NCBI RefSeq assembly: GCF_001194135.2
Contig: NC_068997.1
Coordinates: 30,545,547-30,609,546 of the forward strand
DNA from: Octopus bimaculoides
Taxonomy: Eukaryota
DNA length: 64,000 bases
Reading direction: 5' to 3'
Part shown: positions 48,230 through 61,804 of the stretch, in pieces
Layout: each line of letters begins with the position of its first letter
Numbering within the stretch: the first letter of the stretch is position 1
Program-made: the position numbers and the translations under genes
The notes under the pieces: generated by a model
What the model was told of the DNA's origin: nothing
What the model saw: only the letters and a program-made list of their open reading frames with translations
Databases searched by the model: none

Positions 48230-51200
48230 AATATGTCATGTATGAAAATAAAACATGCCTTGGACCCATTTGGAGAGATGTATCCTACGAGGCCCAAGGA
48301 AAAAATATGCCTCTACAGAGGTAAGGTTCCACAGCATAGAGAAAACCCACGAGCACTCTGTACTAACGTTAAAAACCGAAGAAATGGTACTTTTGCCAAC
48401 CTATCTAGGACGAAGGACATCTCAAATTAAAATTACAGAAGTGCTACCAGAAATTAATGTCACAGGGGTAATAGCTGCCTTTTGTTATAACTGGGAAGAC
48501 AAAGTGAATATTTTACAGATCACACACTCTACCTCGCAAAAACTAGCTTGGGCAGAGCGGGGCGATGTTAGTACAAGCAGCCCCGTGTGACCTAGAGGAA
48601 ATGCCAGATTGAGTGCTCGTAGGTGAAGACATCGCCTAAGGATACAGGTCAAGGGAAGAAAACCTCGATGTTTTAAATGAGACCAGAAGTGTCACATAAG
48701 GGCCATACTACCACAGAGGAACCCCCTCGAAACCAGCACCACAGAAAATGAGGAAGAAAAAAGACAAAAAGAACAATTACTCACCCACGATTCTACAAAA
48801 GTACCCAAAACTAAATCCACACAAGCACCCCAAAACACACCCCCACCTGGACTCATACTTGCATCCACATATGCACCAGTAATCAATCCTACGCCTACAC
48901 ATGCACCGACACCGACACCCATACCTACATCATTGCCCAATGGCAAAATTCTTCTTCCTGGCGACATGGAGATAGTCAACCAGGAGGGAGAACCCGAAGT
49001 GAGTGTCCGAAAAGGGCATAAAGATGCATTCTGACTACCCAACTCACAACCTCACCCCCAAAAAAACGTCACTTCAACTACACACACAGGAATTTTAAAA
49101 AACCCGCTCACCAACCCCCAAAACTAATGTAAAAGACAAAAAATAACGGTAGAATACAACCCTAACAATAAATACATACCATAAACTCATTACATATACG
49201 ACAAAGAACATATACGACCCAGAACATAAGGACTTAACAATGAGATTCACTAAAACATCTGAAACTTTGTTTAGACAACTAAAAGACAGGCATCCAATCA
49301 ATGTCCGATGGATAATAACGGTGCCAAAACAACTAAAGACACACTTAAAAAAAGTTGCCCACAATTTGTTCTCTTCTCTTCTCCGATGCGGATTACAAAT
49401 TAGTGATGTGTAGGATGAACATAGATGAAGCATATAGACAGGGATCCAGCTACTGGAAGCTAAACAAGTCTATTTTGGCTTGCGAGGCATACCATAGTCG
49501 GATTAAAGAGTTAGTGATGAGGGCATTAACCGACACCGCATTAAATAACAGGTGGTGGTTTCCTTTTGAAAGAGTCATCCAATTTGAGTCAATCAGATTT
49601 AGCCAGCAGCTAAGTTTAGATAGGGCTAGAGTAGGAAGGAATTTAGTTAAGGCCTTAGAAGAGGCGTTGAGTTTGGGCTCTACTTCTCAAATTTTGGCTG
49701 CGAGAATGGCTTTAGACCGTCACCACAACGCCAAACATGAGGGATGCAGAGTTCGTGCATTGCGCCATGAAGGAATTAATATTATCAGTTGGGCACGCTC
49801 GGTAGAAACCCAGCGTGGCAATGATGCTACGATTAGGTCTTTGGTCGAGGAACATAGGCATTCGATCAAAGAGCAAAATGAAATGTGTGAGGTTTTTTAC
49901 AAGCACTTTACCAAGTTGTTCAAGAGGGGCAGTTCACTGGACGATGCTGAGGCCCTTCAGGACTTTCTGGCTGGTGTACCGAGTCTCTTGGCACGAAAGG
50001 TTGAGAGCTGTAAAAGACCGATCACGGCTGCGGAGGTTGTCGAGGTGATCTCCGAGTGCCCCAAGGACAAATCGCCAGAACTTGATGGTCTGCCCTATGA
50101 GTTTTATAAAAGCATACCAGACTTGTTCGGGCACCTACAAGCAAACGTCTATGCTAACTGGCCGCAGAATGGGTGAGTTCCCAAAGATACAATTCGGGGT
50201 GGGGGCGACGCTGATCAGAAAGGATCCGAGCAAGAAGGATATTGCAAATAACTTTAGGCCCATAACTCTGCTAAACACAGAGTTAAAGATTTTGGCCAAG
50301 GTGCTAGTAAAAAGGTTGGCGCGGGACGTGGAAGGTCTTGTTGAGGAAACGCAAACTTGCGCTATCCCAGGTAGGTCAATACATGACAAACTCCACTTCA
50401 TACACTACTCCTTAGAGAGGATGGGTGAAATCTCTAGCAAAGGTAGGGCACTGGTGCATTTAGACCCATCTAAAGTATTTGATAGGGTCAACCATTGGTA
50501 CCTGGTGGCGATTCTCGAGGCGGCTGGGTGAGGCCCATCTTTCCAGAGCTGGATCGCTGCTTTGTGCAGCAATATCGAGTCTGTCGTTCAGGTGAACGTT
50601 TCTTCTTGAAACTGTTCAATATTGAGCGCTCAGTTCGCCAGGGATGTCCCCTGTCTCCACCTCTGTATGTAATGTGAAGGGTGGAGGCGGTAGGCGGCAT
50701 TTTGCATGATCTATGGGGTGGAACAGCTACCGCATATGCAGATGACATCACTATCATCGTGTCCAATGAAAGGCAGCTACCAAGTAAAGAAAACGCCATC
50801 AAAGGATACGAATCAGTAATTAGTCAAGACAAGTCAGTCGGCTTACAACTCAGTACCTGGAGGGACAAGTTGATGCTGCCCAATAACGTCGTGAGATGTT
50901 GGACAGAGGGTCCAGTTAAGATGCTAGGGGTCTGGTTCGGTCCAGACTTCCAGATAGAGAAGTACCGGAGCGAGGTTACAGGCAAGGGTACTGCCCTAAC
51001 CCGGACCTGGTTTGGAAGGACATTATCTATGCTAGGAAGTGCGGAGGTGGCACAGGTGTTTATAGCATCTGTTATCACCTACTGCCTGACTGTTTTGCTT
51101 TACCCTGGTTTGTGACTGAACAAGCTGAAATGACTCCTATTCTACTTTTTATGAAAGGGAAGAAAACCACTTGTAAGGTGCTCTGTCTGCTGCCAAAATT

Positions 51201-51250
51201 CTTTAAAGGGTGGGCTAGGGACGTCATGGCTGAGGATGCACAAGTTCATG
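48230..51250 (+). mobile_element. Tx1/L1-clade LINE (ORF1 plus ORF2 lacking most of the endonuclease), degenerate
   Basis: ORF1-like LPTYLGRRTSQIKITEVLPE; ORF2 SYWKLNKSIL, SPELDGLPYEFY, NFRPITLLNTELKILAKVL, RSVRQGCPLSPPLY, AYADD. Confidence 0.88.
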
Positions 51251-51254
51251 CTAA

Positions 51255-54200
51255 GGCTCAGGCACCTCTGGCATTGATCTTGGGGTTCTATGATAAACTC
51301 TTCTGTTTCTGATTTTAAGCCAGAAGCCATTGATGAGTAAGGGCTTTGTCAACTCTCTTTGGGTATTTGCCATTGAGAGGCTTTTCTTGCCATTTATCAG
51401 TAAGAATATCTAAGGCAGCAGTTTTAGCATGGGTTTTCATATGCTTAGCTTTTTCCGTGCTTGGTTCTAGTACATCTAATTCTGGAGTTTGTTGTATTTG
51501 GAATTCACATATATATTCCTTTACCTGTTTTGTTAATGAGTATGATGCTTTCTTGTTTTCATATTTTGAGACAAGTTTTAAGATCCAGTCCCCAGAGTTT
51601 TTCAAGTATGTGTCTAAGCCAATTGTGGCAATCTTCATTATTAATTTCAGTTGTAAATGTCTACAGCCTCCCCCTTTTCTCGGCAGATAAAGTCCTTCTA
51701 TATCTGCCTTAGGGTGGTGCATTTTTGTATCTTTCAAGATTACAGATTTCAGTAATTGACTGTTTAATGATATTGAAACTCTAAGTCATGTCTGGTATGG
51801 CTAAAGTATGGATTGCTTTGATCCTGTCTCTTGTATTAAGCTCTCCCTTGAATATTACTCTTACCCTGTGATAACATTCTCTCCTGATCCTTTCCCTCAT
51901 CACTTAATGTTTGATTCTGCCCCCTTCAAATACCCTTAGATATTTGTAGCTCTCCACTGGTTCTAACTCCTTTATGGCATTCTGCTGGACAAGGTTAACG
52001 TTATATGTTTCTGTCATTTTGCCTTTGATAAAGGTAGCTTTTGCACATTTATCAAGGCCAAATTGCATCCTGATGTCATCACTGAATTGTTTAACAATCG
52101 CTAGTAGGTCTTTGAGTTGTTGGTCATTTTTTGCAAAGAGCTTTAAATCATCCATGTAAATGAGATGATTTATATTTTTATGAAATATTTTATAACCGTA
52201 CTGTACATCATTGAGCAATTTTGAGAGAGGTATTAAGGCTAGACAAAAGATAAGTGGTGATAGAGAGTCACCATGGAAAATGCCACATGAAATTCTTACA
52301 TCTCCAGCATTTACAGATTCATTGTCACTGTTCAAAGTCAGTGTGGTTCTCCATGATCTCATACTTACGGATAAAAAGTTTCGCAGAGTAGGAGCTATTT
52401 TATACATTTCCAGACATTTCTTAATCCAGCTATGTGGTAGACTATCAAAAGCATGTTTATAGTCTATCTAGGCTATCGATGAGTTTTTGTGTCATTTATG
52501 ACAATCTTCCAAGATCTTCTTATTGATGAGTAGCTAATATTTACAACCACAGGATCCACGTTTACATCTTTTTTGCTCATTAGGGAAAATGGTACTTTCT
52601 ATTAAAAAACTATAGGTATATTCAGTCAGGACAGATGTTAGCGTCTTAAAAATTGTTGTTAAGCAGGTTATGAGTCTATAATTTTTTGGTTCATTTGTTT
52701 CTTCATTTTTTGGAAGAATATTAACTAGCCAAGAGGGAATCATACAAGGTTGTTGCAAAACATTCTTGTAAAGTTTTGTTAGCAGTTCATGGCTCTTTGG
52801 GAGGGCATTCAACCAGAAGTTAGGAATGTTATCCTTTCCTGGAGACTTCCATTTGCTTGACCTCCTGAGAGCAGATCTTATATCTTCTACATTGACACCC
52901 TCCCACTTTTGCTCTTCTAAGGAGTCTAAGTCTATAGATAAATTCTATCAATCCAAGGGGCCTTTTCATTGTGTGCTTTTTTTTCTGCCCAAGTTTTATT
53001 CTAAAATTCCAGCACTTCTTCTTTTGATGGGACAGACTTTACTGTAACTGGTATTTTCCCTATCTTCCTGTAAAAACTTTAGGGGTTATTTTTGAACATG
53101 TTGTTGTCCTTGAAGAATCTAACGTGCTTTTCATACCTTGCTATGTGGGCAGCTTTAGCACATACCTTTTTTTTATGTTTTCTATGGTGGTATCAATGTC
53201 AAATATGGTTTTCATATTATATATTTTTTTACAATTTTCAGGTTTTTGTAGGTTTGATAGTCTTGTCAAACTTAAGATTTTAAAAATATTCTTTGTAGCT
53301 GAATTTGGTGTTGAATACGCTCTTGCCAAGAAGACTTTTTGTGTGAATGTTGTTGTTTTCTAAGCTTTTCAGCACATAGAATCGTTGAGATTTTAGTGGA
53401 TGCATAGTACAGGTGGTTGAGATCTGTAATATCAACATCATTAATTGAAATTACATCCTTAAGTGCAGGGTGGATTTTACCAATTATTTTCAGGTTTTGT
53501 TTAGAATTGCAAATTTTTGAGAGAGTGTCGCGTTCATTCATATGGTTTCTTTAATTTTCAGCCATTTAATCATGATTTGATTTAAATCATCTAGTTCTTT
53601 TGGGTCAATATTTGTGTGACTTGCTTCATCTATTTGATTTTCATCTGCCTTAGTTTTTATGGTTGGTTCAGAAAGTATTTCATTTTGCCTATCAGTTACA
53701 TTAACTCTTTCAATCATTGCTGTATTTTCATCAGCCTTGGGCTGGTTTACAATTATTTCCTCTGTAGTATCTTCTTTAGCTGCAGCTTCGTTCTTTTTAT
53801 CCCTAACTGCTTGTTTAATTTGGTCAATCTCTACTTCACTCAGTAATTTCTTTTTCATAATGTTTCTTTTGACGTTGGCAAGTTTGTTACTGTCTATGTA
53901 GGATCTTACTTCAATGTGTTTCTGTCACCAGTTTAAGTAGGTTTGTACAGTATTAGATGTATTTGTGGGGAAATATATGGCATGGTAGAAGGCTCTAAGA
54001 ACTTCTTTATTATCTCCCCTTAACCATTTTCATTCATTTTCTTTTGGTTATTTGATGACAAGCATGGATGGCCATCTTTTGGAATATTTCGGTTGTGAGG
54101 TAGTTCCAGCTCCTGTGTTTCGGAAAGATTTGAACTAGTAGCTGCTTTTTCATATCGAATCTGGTTCATCGTTCGAGTACGTGGACCTTGGTATTCTGGT

Positions 54201-54945
54201 CTACGACCAATTCGGTTTGTAGTTTGCTTTGTTATCAGTGAGGCATAACGAGCTTGAACATTGTCATTAAGGGATGGATCTGTCTGTTTAGGGTTGATTA
54301 TTTTGAGACAGCACTATCTCTGAGTTCTTTGCATGTACACATTGCTCATTACGTAGCTACTTAAGGCTAACAGATCTGTATTCATCTGTATTTTTTTTTC
54401 TTATTGATTTATCTCCAGGCATAGTTTTTTTGTGGTATTTTTAAACTTATGAATTGTTCATTCTGTGTTACTTCGAAAAAAAAAAAAAGTTTTTTTTTCT
54501 TTTGCTTTTGCTTCGTTTGTGACGTGTTTTCATATGCGTCAATGTGTGTCCTGTAAATTTCACTTAGTTGTGTAAACATTTAGATGCAAGTGTAGTCCTA
54601 TGGGTATCAAAATGTATATACAATTGTGTAGACATTCGAGTGTATGCCTAATTACTCAATTTATGTACTTACTGTTTTGTTCCATTTATGTTTTATAATT
54701 TGTAAACTTTCTGGTATTTTTTTCATGTGTGTTTTGCACATGTTTCACTGAGACATCGTGCATAGGAGAAACTGTGTTTTGCATAGCAGTAAAATTTTGT
54801 TTATGTGATTATTTTCGTTAAAAGACTGCTTCCTTCAAGTTTTCCACAGGTTCCTTTATCTAATTTCATCGATGTTATTAGATTAGATTTGTTTTTGAAT
54901 GGGAGCCCGGTGTAGTACATCCATGTTGTTATTCAGCACGGGGCT
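51255..54945 (-). mobile_element. R4/Dong-like LINE copy B, apparently 5'-complete, 3'-truncated
   Basis: Same 5' start after (TAA)n; NYRLITCL, QKRCKRGSCGC, ISCGIFHGDSLSPLIFCL, NHLIYMDDLKLFAKN. Confidence 0.92.
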
Positions 54946-54959
54946 ATTATTATTATTTT

Positions 54960-55880
54960 CATATCCACACAACAGATCAGACTGTTGGAAATGAAAAATC
55001 CTAACATTGGACTACAAGTAACCTTAGATATCAAGAACCCTCCTGGTATCCTAGTTGCCCCTGATAACACTGTTTTCTGCAGCTGTACTAAACTGGGTTT
55101 TATGCCTATTTCCTCTATACATCTGTTCAAATCTTTAGAAATAGTTCCCACTGAACCTATAACTACTGGGATACATTTTACCTGTGCTTTCCATAGTCTC
55201 TAAAATTCAGTAGCTAGGTCCTGGTACTTTGTTTTTTTTTTCTATACCTCTCATATTGATTTTTTTCATCATTTGGGACTGTAATGTCAATTATCTGGCA
55301 TTTTTTATTCACTTTATCTACTACTACTACTACTACTACTACTACATCAGTTCTAGCTTCTATTACTCTGTCAGTCTGAATGTTACAGTTCCACAACATC
55401 TTATATTTCATACTTTCTAGTACTTTACTAGGCTCATGTTCATACCATTTATCAGTATGTTCAAATTCTAGCTTTCTATTTAACCCCCATGGATTACTCT
55501 CCCTAGGTTGTCATGTCTTTTCTTGTATTTTTTCATTGCCATTATGCAACATTCACTAACTATATGAGTAATGCTTTCCTATTTTGATTTGCATAACCTA
55601 TATTAAGAATCTACTTGGTTTTTTGTCTAATTTTATCCAACTAGTTCTTAATGCTTGAGATTATGCTGCTACTAACAAGTTTTCTGCCTGCCTTTTCAGC
55701 ATTCCTTTCTGCAATCATAACCATGTCTCACTACTACTATTTGCTGCAACTATCTTTGGGAATCTACCATGCAATGCCTTCTCATGCCAGTCAGATAATT
55801 TCTGTTCTTCTTTCTGGTTTTTAACTTTGTTTGGGTTTTTGGTTTCCTTACATTTTGCTGTGACACTACCATATTTCAAT
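54960..55880 (-). mobile_element. R4/Dong-like LINE 3' part with restriction-like endonuclease
   Basis: WHEKALHG, KMLWNCNIQTDRVIEARTD..DKVNKKCQIIDITVP, LQKTVLSGATRI; (TAA)n tail. Confidence 0.85.
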
Positions 55881-55895
55881 AACAACAACAACAGC

Positions 55896-55943
<48 letters not shown>

Positions 55944-55944
55944 T

Positions 55945-56440
55945 GATCCAGACTAATCGACTAAACATAAACAGAGAAGACAATACTTGTAAACTAATAG
56001 ATGCACATATTCTCACTGGTAAAAATATATCTCTAAAGGAATTTGACAAATTTTAGTAAATATAATGACCTAGAAATTGAAATACAAAAGATGTGGCATC
56101 TTAAAGGGAGAACTGTTCCTGTTATTGTGGGTACCACAGGTATGATAAGAATGGGATGTCAGAAACATCGATATAATGTCCCAGGAGAACCATGTCTCAG
56201 AAATCCAAATGATTGTGCTGACAAGTACTACCCACATCCTGAGAAAAACCCAATCAATTTAAATGCATGTGCTGTATTACATGAAAATTATTTCACTACT
56301 GCTACTGTCGCTTCCTCCCCTCAAGCTTTCAGTCCTACTGTAACATCTCTTTTATTTTGCTCACCCTAGGTTGCTGGGTGTTTCTCAGCGAGTGATTCTA
56401 ACGAACATGCAGGTTAAAAGTAAATAATAATAATAATAAT
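55945..56440 (+). mobile_element. R4/Dong-like LINE 3' end between (TAA)n tracts
   Basis: CKLIDAHI, SKYNDLEIEIQKMWHLKGRTVPVIVGTTG; 3' UTR and TAA tail. Confidence 0.8.
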
Positions 56441-56447
56441 AATAATA

Positions 56448-56482
<35 letters not shown>

Positions 56483-56494
56483 CATTATTATTAA

Positions 56495-57790
56495 TTTGAC
56501 TCAGATTTGTTTTTATTCCTGGGTAGATTTATGTGCATAACATGTTAGTACCTGTAACCTTAGGTGTCCACAATCTTTCATCTGTCTTTCAAGTGTTTAA
56601 AACCCTTATCTTTCCTTTCTCTAAGAGGCAAATTTTCTTTAAAAGCTCTACAGGGTATTCTATTCAAATCTCTGTTAATCATTTGTCTACATCTTTACTC
56701 ACAGTTCCTAATTCACCAATTATTACAGCTACAATCTTTACAGTTTTGAAACACCAAATTCTTGCAATTTCATATTCGAAGGAATTGTATTTTTTTAAAT
56801 CTTTCATAAAATGTCTTTACACTCTTGGAATGAAACTGTCATGATGGATAAATTAATAAGCAGCTCTGCTTTTCTCAATCTCTTATTGTTATGTCTGGTT
56901 TATTATTTTCTAGCTTTTTGTTGATTTAAATAGGAAAATCTCTGAAACATTGCATTTCTCAGACTCTAGCACTCTTTCGACCCAATGATCATACCACTTC
57001 CCGCTTCAAATCCCTACCTTTCACAAAGCTTCCAGTGTAAAACATTCCCAACTTGGTCATGCTTCTATTTCTTATATTTTCTCTGGTTCAACTTGGAACT
57101 TTCTACGACATGTGAGCTTTTGTTTTATTCCAAATTCCACAAACTCTATGTTTTTCTGACACCTTCTCATGCACAAGTTGTTTGTTTTTAACACTTGATC
57201 TTGAGCTGCTGTAATAAAGTTTTGTTTCTTTTTTTAATTGATCCCTTTTCCACCAAGTCCAGGATTTTGTTCCCCAAACATCCTCGGTGGTTTCCCAGAA
57301 CTGATCATGCAAAGGTTTCTCTTCAATCCATTTAATATGCTCTCTCTGAATTTCATTCTCACCTTTTCCCATATTCCACACTTGTTTACCTCTTCTTTAT
57401 TCATTGCCTTCAGTAATTTCATTGCTGTTCTATAAATATTTCAGTAGGCTTTTTCATTCCATATGTACTTCAAGTACAACTGATTAATATCAGTTTTTGG
57501 ATGGTGGGCTCCATACATTATTAACAGCTTCCCGTTACTGTCATTTCACAATCTTCCTGTTTATTTTTTATTCTTCTCTGGCTGTCTTCAATCTCTAATA
57601 ATGTAATCTAGTCATTCATACAAATTGCCCTTGCCTGTTCTCTCAATCTCTGGGAGGAAGCTTCAAAGACCCCCTTTTCATCCCATATTCTCTTCATTCC
57701 TTTCAGGAAACTTCTTGCGTTTCAGGCTCGCTTGGTTCACATTTCAGCCAACATTAAATTACAATCTTGTTGACGTCTTTAACCCATTTA
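56495..57790 (-). mobile_element. R4/Dong-like LINE fragment, degraded
   Basis: KPLHDQFW, SWTW..LKKET, CGIWNKT.AH..C, PDITIRD..LLINL. Confidence 0.7.
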
Positions 57791-57809
57791 TTTTTTCCCT
57801 TTCGTTTTC

Positions 57810-58690
57810 TTGACTTTGATTCTGGATTATTATTTGCTGGAATATTACTGGTGCTACTTTTATTCCAAAAGGTTATCATGTGTATTTGTACAATCCTCTG
57901 TGTGCATTTTTTGTCAAATACTTCGAGCATTTTTCATTTACTTTTATCTGTAAATAGGCTTCAAACTGATCTAATTTATAAAAAAAAAATTCCACTATTT
58001 AACATTGAAAAAATTTCCTCTGCAGTCGGGAGTGGATGGTGTCATGATTTTAAGCAGTCGTTCAATCCTGTAGAGAAATAAGCACACAGCCTAATCTTTT
58101 TTTTTTAATACATACCATGGGTGATGCCCACTTTCACTAATCCACCCTTTTGATGACTCCACTCTTTCTGAGTCTGTCTAACTCTTCATTTACAGTTTCA
58201 GTTGCCTCGAATGGTGCTTTTCTTCTTGCTTTAAATACAGGTATAGCATTTTCACTTACTTGGAAATAGACTTCCAACTTTCTACATAGACCTAAATCCT
58301 CTGATAACATTTGCAGGAACATCTTTTTCAATTTTTTCTTCAGTTCTTCTGAAGACTTGTTTTTAATGGAACAACCATTTATGCTATTGTAGTAAAGATT
58401 CATGGGGAAAGGCCATAAATCAAATAGTTCCAACCGATCTGTGCCAAAAGACTGATTGTATTATATCCAACAAATAATTTTACTTCGCGTGTCTCTCTTC
58501 GAAATGTGACGTCAATACATGCTTTGCCCATGGAATGTAATTTATGCCTATTAAACCATGTGCTATTTTTGCTGCTTTATGTAATCTCAATTTACCAATT
58601 TTTTTCCAAGTATCCGCATTTATAATCAAGACATCACTACCTGTGTCTAACTTATTTTTATGTGCATGAATTTTTTTGTTTTTCTGTTGC
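57810..58690 (-). mobile_element. Gypsy protease-RT fragment
   Basis: KLDTGSDVLII, PVFKARRKAPF..VNEELDRL, HPLPTAEEIF, PFGIKVAP.IFQ. Confidence 0.88.
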
Positions 58691-60922
58691 AATCCAAGAA
58701 GTTCTCTTCATAAAAACAAACTTAATCCAATAACATCAGTGTAATGGAAGGAAAACTTCGCAATACAGCTGTGGGAAAAAGTTCCGTTAAAGCAAGAAAT
58801 AAATGACTCTACAAGAAATAAACGGAGAGTGTACGAATGAAAAGTTGATACCAGATGACATTGAAATTCAAAGATTTTGGAGTGACATCTGGAGCAAAGA
58901 CAAAGAGCACAAAAAGGATGCTGAATGGCTGCAAAAACTGAAACAAACAGTAGTCTGTCCAAAACATGCAGAACTAGTCATTTTAGTAAGGGAAGTGAAA
59001 GAAATCAGCAAAACCATGGGCAACTGGAAGGCCCTGGAAACAGATGGAGTTTAAGGCTACTGGATCAAAAAATTTAATGCTTGTCATGCACGAATAGCTG
59101 CACATCTCAACACCTTGTTAAATGCTGACCTTGGTTGACAATGGGTAGGAAAGTGCTGTGCTTCAAAAACATTGAAAAAGGCAATACAGTAGATACTTAC
59201 AGGCCTACTTGCCACTTATGTGGAAATTATTGACTGGAATAGTCGCAGATTCAATGTATGGACATCTGAAAAAAATGGAGTCCTGTCACATGAGCAGAAG
59301 GGGTGCAAGCGTAAGTGCAGAGGTACTAAGGATCAATTTCCGGTAGACAAAATTGTACTTAAAGACTGCAAGAAGAGGAAATCTAATTTAACTATGGCAT
59401 GGATCAATTATCAATTTGTTATTCATAGATGACCTCAAACTTTATGGTAAAGATGAAGCCCAAGTCAGTTCCCTCATTGATATTTTCAGTGTATACTTTC
59501 AGTGCTGATATCAGAATGGAGTTCGGATTGAAAAAGTGTGTTGTGTTAGTCTTGAAGACATGAAAAATCAAATGTATGCGCAGGATAGCGATACTGTCAG
59601 TGAAGGTTATGAAGCAGATAGAAGAGTATTTGGAGATATTGGAAATGGATAAATTGATGAAGCAAGAAATGACAGGAAAATTTAAGATGGGAAACTTGCG
59701 CAGACTGAGACTGATCCTTAAGTCGAAATTAAATGGATGGAATAAGATTGAAGCTGTCAACATCTGGGTGGTTTCATTCCTTAGATATGAAGCAGGGATA
59801 ATCGCATGGGCAGTAGACGAACTAAACAGCTTAGACAGAAAGACAAGGAAGTTGCTGACTAGATATGGGACACTCCACCATAAAAGTGACACAAACTGTA
59901 TGTACCAAGAAAACGGGAGAAAGAGGATTATTTGGATGCAAACAGAATTAGAGCAGAAGAAAATAACATAGCATGGTATGTAAAAAAATACCACTGAACC
60001 ACTATTATCAGAAGTAAGAAGGCTAAGCTTATGTAGGGTCGAAGATTGTAAAGCACTGTACAATGACTTGAGAATGAATGAAACTGAAAATAGGTGAATA
60101 AAGAAAAGAATGCATGGACAGATTCATAAGGATGTTGAAGATAAGATAGACAGAGAAAAAAAGATAGCTATGGATGACTAAAAGTAATTTAAACCTGAAA
60201 CGGAGGCTGTGCTGCCCAAGAGCAATCATTAAGAATCAATTACATCAAATAGAGAATAGACAACACATCAGAAAGTGGTAAGTGCGGAAGTTGTGGACAA
60301 AATGGTGAAACCGTATGGCATATTACCAGTCAGTGGACGCCACTAGCCCAGAAAGAATATAAGAGGTGTCATAACAATATTGCAAGGATTGTTCATTGGA
60401 CACTTTGCAACAAGTATGGACTTGACAGCAAAAAAAGTGGTACGAACATAAACACAAAGGCATCATCGAAAATGATAATGCAAAGATCCTATGGGATTTT
60501 ATGATTCAGTGCAACCATCATATAGAGAATAGGAAACCAGACATAGTGTTAATTGAGAATGAAAACAAACTATGCTGGATCATAGATATAGCATGCCCAG
60601 CTGATAACAAGGTATGCGATAATGTAAAAAGAAAAGTCGATAGATATGAGGTTAACTTGGGAGGTTAAGCAGTTGTGGTCGCTGAAAAAAATTGGCAGTA
60701 GTATCAGTAATTGTCAGAGCCCTGGGAACAGTGAGTAAAAATCTTGAGAAGTACATGGAACAAATAGGAGCACTTGCAGAAAACAACCCTGCTTGGATTC
60801 GCTTGAAAACTCTGGCTGGTGATTGAAAAATAAGGAGTGTTACCTTAGTTCACTGGTAGTGAACAGCTGATACCATAGTACATCTCCAGCATTAGAAGCT
60901 GTGCAAAGGCAATAATAATAAT

Positions 60923-60960
<38 letters not shown>
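58690..60960 (+). mobile_element. R4/Dong-like LINE, 5'-truncated, with (TAA)n tail
   Basis: [63 protein letters not shown]. Confidence 0.88.
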
Positions 60961-60994
<34 letters not shown>

Positions 60995-61003
60995 CATTAT
61001 TAA

Positions 61004-61210
61004 GACGGTGAGCTAGCAGAATCAATAGCATGCCGGGTAAAAAGCTTAGCGGTATATCGTCTGCTGCTGAGTTCAAATTCTGCCCAGGTTGAATTTGCCT
61101 TTCATCTTTTCGGGGTCGATAAATTAAGTACCAGTAGTGTACTGAGCTTGATATAACCAGTCCCATCCCACCAAATTTGAGGCCTTGTGCCTCAAATAGA
61201 AAGGATTATA
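61004..61210 (+). mobile_element. tRNA-derived SINE (family of 27214)
   Basis: gacggtgagctagcagaatc..gagttcaaattctg..tttgcctttcatc.tttcggggtcgataaattaagtaccag. Confidence 0.85.
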
Positions 61211-61245
61211 ATTACTTATATTTACATTTCAATAAAACTTCATAC

Positions 61246-61423
61246 CTGTAGTTTCTGCAGCTTTGACCAAACGATGCAAAAAAATTTCAATTCCTGGAGT
61301 CAGCTGGAGATCTTTTCTTTCTCCAGTCACCGAAATGAGTAAGTCTGGCAATGCCAAATTCCATAAAAGTGCTATCAAATGCATCATCATTCCCATTGGG
61401 GTCTTGTGATCCACACGGACAAA
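61246..61423 (-). CDS. TRPM: TRPM channel exon (start of MHR1/SLOG region)
   Basis: catacag|TTT start in phase 0; FVRVDHKTPMGMMMHLIALLWNLALPDLLISVTGERKDLQLTPGIEIFLHRLVKAAETT; G|gtatga in phase 1 joins GT-GCC-TGG of the next exon; 178 nt. Confidence 0.93.
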
Positions 61424-61804
61424 CTGTATGTGAGATGAAAACATTAGATTTATATAACCTGCTGTTTGATACAATGGAAAAGATAGTCAAATAGTAACAA
61501 TTTGGAAATTGAATTTCATTGTGATAGCATATTGCCTGTATTCATATTAACGAGAATTGGGGTATTGAAAACTTGTGAAGTTGTGGGTTGTCCTGGTACA
61601 GATAAGATTAGGAAAATTTGCACAACAATTTATTGATGTTATTGTAACAAATTTCACCCTTATACAAAGAGCTTAGCCATGAATATAAATTTAGAATTAG
61701 TCATTTCTTTAAACAATTATTTACTACTAAACATTATGTTACCTTTATCCTATTTTGTGACACTTGTTTCCATCATTATACACACACACACACACACACA
61801 CACA

